A stretch of DNA of 64,000 nt, taken from Schizosaccharomyces osmophilus (taxonomy: Eukaryota). Positions within the stretch are counted from its first letter, which is position 1, and every line of letters starts with the position of its first letter. A program made the position numbers and the translations under genes. Under the pieces are notes generated by a model that saw only the letters and a program-made list of their open reading frames with translations, did not search any database and had not been told where the DNA came from. This document shows positions 61,401 through 64,000 of the stretch, in pieces. The stretch covers positions 496,001 to 560,000 of the forward strand of contig NC_079239.1 of assembly GCF_027921745.1 (NCBI RefSeq), in the 5' to 3' direction.

Positions 61401-61946
61401 CAAGGTGGCCATTTCCGATTCTGTTTTTCCGTGTAAAACACATTTATTGCTTCGTAGCATAATAGGCATTCTTCCGATGGGAACGTTTCTTCTACGAACA
61501 ACCTGTTTGCCTCTGGTATATTCAACGTCAACGTAAATGTTCGCACCATAAGTCAAATCTCGAAGACGGCATTCGTGGGGACTAATAGAGGCTTGAATGG
61601 CATCGGCATCGGTACGTACAGGAGCTCCAACCCGAATATCGAGGTATTTTAAATAAAACCATGGTTCGACATCTGAAGTAACTTTCTGATTTGCTTGGAC
61701 AATTTTTTTCAAATCAACATCGACAAAGTAATTAAAAGAGTCCAAATGTTGCTTTACAAGACCTTTAATCTTCAAAAATGCTGGTAAAAGATGCCATTTA
61801 TCTTCAATTGTAGGTACAGGATCTGTAAGTTTTTTCCCTTTATAAACGGGCTCTAGAAGAGCAGAAAAACTTTTATCGCCTTCAATCGGTCCCGTATGTG
61901 ATTTTGAATCCTTTTTTCCAGGCTCCTGCGACGATTTCAACCCCAT
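58449..61946 (-). CDS. rpc2: RNA polymerase III second-largest subunit Rpc2
   Basis: [24 protein letters not shown] and Pol III-type [30 protein letters not shown] at 61946. Confidence 0.97.
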   Translation of the reverse strand: MGLKSSQEPGKKDSKSHTGPIEGDKSFSALLEPVYKGKKLTDPVPTIEDKWHLLPAFLKIKGLVKQHLDSFNYFVDVDLKKIVQANQKVTSDVEPWFYLKYLDIRVGAPVRTDADAIQASISPHECRLRDLTYGANIYVDVEYTRGKQVVRRRNVPIGRMPIMLRSNKCVLHGKTESEMATLNECPLDPGGYFVVKGTEKVILVQEQLSKNRIIVEAEPKKGMFQASVTSSTHERKSKTYLVHKNGKLYLKHNSIADDIPIVAVLKAMGLQSDQEIFELVAGNEASYQDLFAPSVEECAKLNIFTTQQALEYIGARVKVNRRAGAARLPSHEEALEVLAAVVLAHINVSNLDFRPKAVYIAVMTRRVLISMVDPSLVDDRDYVGNKRLELAGQLLALLFEDLFKKFNSDMKLNIDKVLKKPHRTQEFDAYNQLSVHGDQITQGMVRALSTGNWSLKRFKMERAGVTHVLSRLSFISALGMMTRITSQFEKTRKVSGPRSLQPSQYGMLCTSDTPEGEACGLVKNLALMTHITTDEEEEPIIRLAYAFGVEDIHVVTGRELHSSGTYLVYLNGMILGISKYPTLFVSSFRRLRRSGKISPFVGVFINTHQRAVFISTDGGRICRPLIIVQNGYPKVTSDHIKILKEGKWSFEDFLKEGLVEYVDVNEENDSLICVYERDVTPETTHLEIEPFTVLGAVAGLIPYPHHNQSPRNTYQCAMGKQAIGAIGYNQLQRIDTLLYLMVYPQQPMVKTKTIELIGYDKLPAGQNATVAIMSYSGYDIEDALVMNKASMDRGFGRCQVLHKHSVLIRKYPNGTHDRIGDPLRDPETGEVIWKHKIVEDDGLAAVGCPVQNGQVYVNKQTPTNALDNSIALGQSQTVESGFKPTPMTYKAPEPSYVDKVMLTTTDSDQTLIKVLMRQTRRPELGDKFSSRHGQKGVCGIIVQQEDMPFNDQGVCPDIIMNPHGFPSRMTVGKMIELLAGKAGVMRGSLEYGTCFGGTKVEEASRVLVERGFNYSGKDMLTSGITGEPLEAYIFFGPIYYQKLKHMVLDKMHARARGPRAVLTRQPTEGRSRDGGLRLGEMERDCLIAYGASQLLLERLMLSSDACDVDVCGECGLLGYRGWCNSCQSTKNVVKMTIPYAAKLLFQELLSMNIVPRLALEDEFKY

Positions 61947-62442
61947 TGAATTCTTGTTATTAGTAATGGTGGATGGCAAGACTGCTTCGTCTAGAAGTAA
62001 AATCACAAGGGTTTACAAAGTCAACATTTAGAGGAAACAAGACTTACAGAATTAATATTATTGTGTTTTATCTTTCCTAAAAAATGGTGTGAATTTTGTT
62101 TATACTTTATAAATGTAGTGATATATTCTTTATACCACAGTGATTAAAACTCAATAAAACATAGTACATATAGCTCAGTTGCATAAAAAGGGGCAGTATT
62201 GAGTCATTTTATTTATATATTCTTTTATAAAAGAACAATAACACTCAAATATCAAAAAACAAAGGTCTAAAATAGTTGAAATCAAAACAAAGGAAATAAA
62301 TTGTAAACTGACAAGAGTTTCTTGAAAGCGGATTATTAGATTTCAGCATTAATGGGGTTGCTAATCAAAATCCTAATTTACAAACCAATTCTGAATCTAA
62401 TAAGGGAGGGGAATCAAATGTGATCGTTTATAGCTAGGCTAT

Positions 62443-64000
62443 TTAGTCCAATTGAATACCCGCATATTCATCATAACCACAAGCCAAGTTAAGGTTTTGG
62501 AGGGCTTGAGTAGCAGCACCCTTAAGCAAATTGTCAATGGTGACTACGATAACAGCTCTCTTGCCTCCAGAATGAACACCAAAGCCACCGACTGAAACAT
62601 GATTTTTCTGAGAGTTATCTTTCACGAGAGGAACATCACCCTGAACGTTAATCAATGGTTCGTCGGCATAGCGTTCTTGGTAAAGGTTACGCAATTCACG
62701 AGAAGTAATAGATTTTCTAAGGGGAATATTGATAGTAAGAGTAATGCCTTGGAACCACTGAGCAACGTGAGGGACGAAAGCGACGGAGTGCTTTAACTGA
62801 TGAGAAATTTCGCGTTCGTGAATGTGATCAGTCAAGGAATAAGGAATTAAGTTATTAGTCAAAACGTTGAGGTCGTTTTTCGGAGAAGGCTTGGTGCCAG
62901 CACCGGAATAACCAGAGACACCGAAAATGGAAGGTTGTCCTTCGATAAGAGACAAGATGGGGGATAAACCAACTTGGGAACCGGTAGCATAACATCCAGG
63001 GTTGGAGATGCGCTTGGAGTTACGTAAAGCAATGCGATCGTTTAGTTCTGGAAGACCGTAATTCCAGCTATTTTCGAATCGGTAATCAGCACTAAGATCA
63101 ACAATCACGCTCTTGCCATTAGCGGAGCTTAAGGCATCAACATAGGGTTTGCAAACGCCATTGGGCAAGGCCATAACCCAAGCGTCAACATCACCTTCTT
63201 CTTCCAATCTTTTAACATCATCAACAGAGAGATTTACATAGTTAATTTCCTTCTTGTTGTAACCAGGCAATTTGGTACCCTTGAGCTCACGAGAAGAAAC
63301 ATAAGAAAGCTCAATATGAGGGTGCGTATTAATCAAACTAATTAAATTTTTTCCAGTATGACCACGAGCACCCAAAAGAACAACCTTAGACGGCTTATTA
63401 GAGACGGCCTTCAAAGGCTTTTGGAATTGCTGAGCGTCTGCAGAATAAAAGCGCTTAGCAACGTTAGAAATAAAAGGACGAATCATTTTGTTAGAGTTCC
63501 AACGGGAAAACGTAGAAAAAGAACGTTTTTGACCTGTGTTGAGGGAATTGGGAGGTGTGGAAGAGTTGGAGGCTACTTTAGGGTCGGCCACGGCAGGGTT
63601 TGATGACAAGCAGGCAGAAGCAAAAGGCTGATCAGATTTGATAAATTTAGAGATAATATTTAGATCGTTTTTTCCATACCAAAAGTAATAAAGATTATTG
63701 GCAAAAAGGGTACCTTCACTCTTGTCAAAAAACCATTCCAAATTCTTGGTAGATGGATGAAGTCGCCAAACCAAAGAACTAAAATCTGTACGCAAACTAG
63801 AAAGTAAACTATCAACGACGTTGTTGAGCCAATTACGGTCATAAGCGCCAAAGGCAGTTAAGACGGGCAATTCAGGATTGGAGACATCAACGACAGCGAT
63901 GGATTCATTGTAGGAATCACTGTAGACGCGTAGTTTAGCGTTGGCAAGAGAATCCCTGAATTCTTGGATATTAGTATAGCAAGAAGGAAGGGCGTTGTGA
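62443..64000 (-). CDS. arg11: Arg5,6-type polyprotein (acetylglutamate kinase / N-acetyl-gamma-glutamyl-phosphate reductase) Arg11, 5' part outside the window
   Basis: Frame is open to the window edge; ArgC motifs LGARGHTG, DLSADYRF, ISNPGCYATG and IDNLLKGAATQA. Confidence 0.96.
   Translation of the reverse strand, partial: HNALPSCYTNIQEFRDSLANAKLRVYSDSYNESIAVVDVSNPELPVLTAFGAYDRNWLNNVVDSLLSSLRTDFSSLVWRLHPSTKNLEWFFDKSEGTLFANNLYYFWYGKNDLNIISKFIKSDQPFASACLSSNPAVADPKVASNSSTPPNSLNTGQKRSFSTFSRWNSNKMIRPFISNVAKRFYSADAQQFQKPLKAVSNKPSKVVLLGARGHTGKNLISLINTHPHIELSYVSSRELKGTKLPGYNKKEINYVNLSVDDVKRLEEEGDVDAWVMALPNGVCKPYVDALSSANGKSVIVDLSADYRFENSWNYGLPELNDRIALRNSKRISNPGCYATGSQVGLSPILSLIEGQPSIFGVSGYSGAGTKPSPKNDLNVLTNNLIPYSLTDHIHEREISHQLKHSVAFVPHVAQWFQGITLTINIPLRKSITSRELRNLYQERYADEPLINVQGDVPLVKDNSQKNHVSVGGFGVHSGGKRAVIVVTIDNLLKGAATQALQNLNLACGYDEYAGIQLD

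Overview
Gene-dense, intron-containing fission-yeast (Schizosaccharomyces) chromosomal DNA. Gene order matches my recollection of S. pombe chromosome I (cosmids c1783/c1327/c18G6/c13D6/c4G9), but the proteins are diverged and Chp1 is C-terminally truncated, which points to the S. octosporus/cryophilus/osmophilus clade. It holds 29 protein genes from rpl15 to arg11 (both cut by the window edges) and three identical tRNA-Gly(GCC) genes. Reading the intergenic DNA adds features absent from the ORF track. The strongest is a ~180-nt box C/D RNA (58051-58232, minus) with the architecture and bipartite 18S complementarity of an snR4-type ac4C acetylation guide. Others are a probable H/ACA snoRNA transcribed divergently from rps7, a decayed relic of the lost Chp1 SPOC-coding region, a spliced orphan fragment between inverted tRNA genes, and a small orphan protein resembling the coilin N-terminal fold. 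Reference sequences were recalled from memory, not searched, so they need verification.
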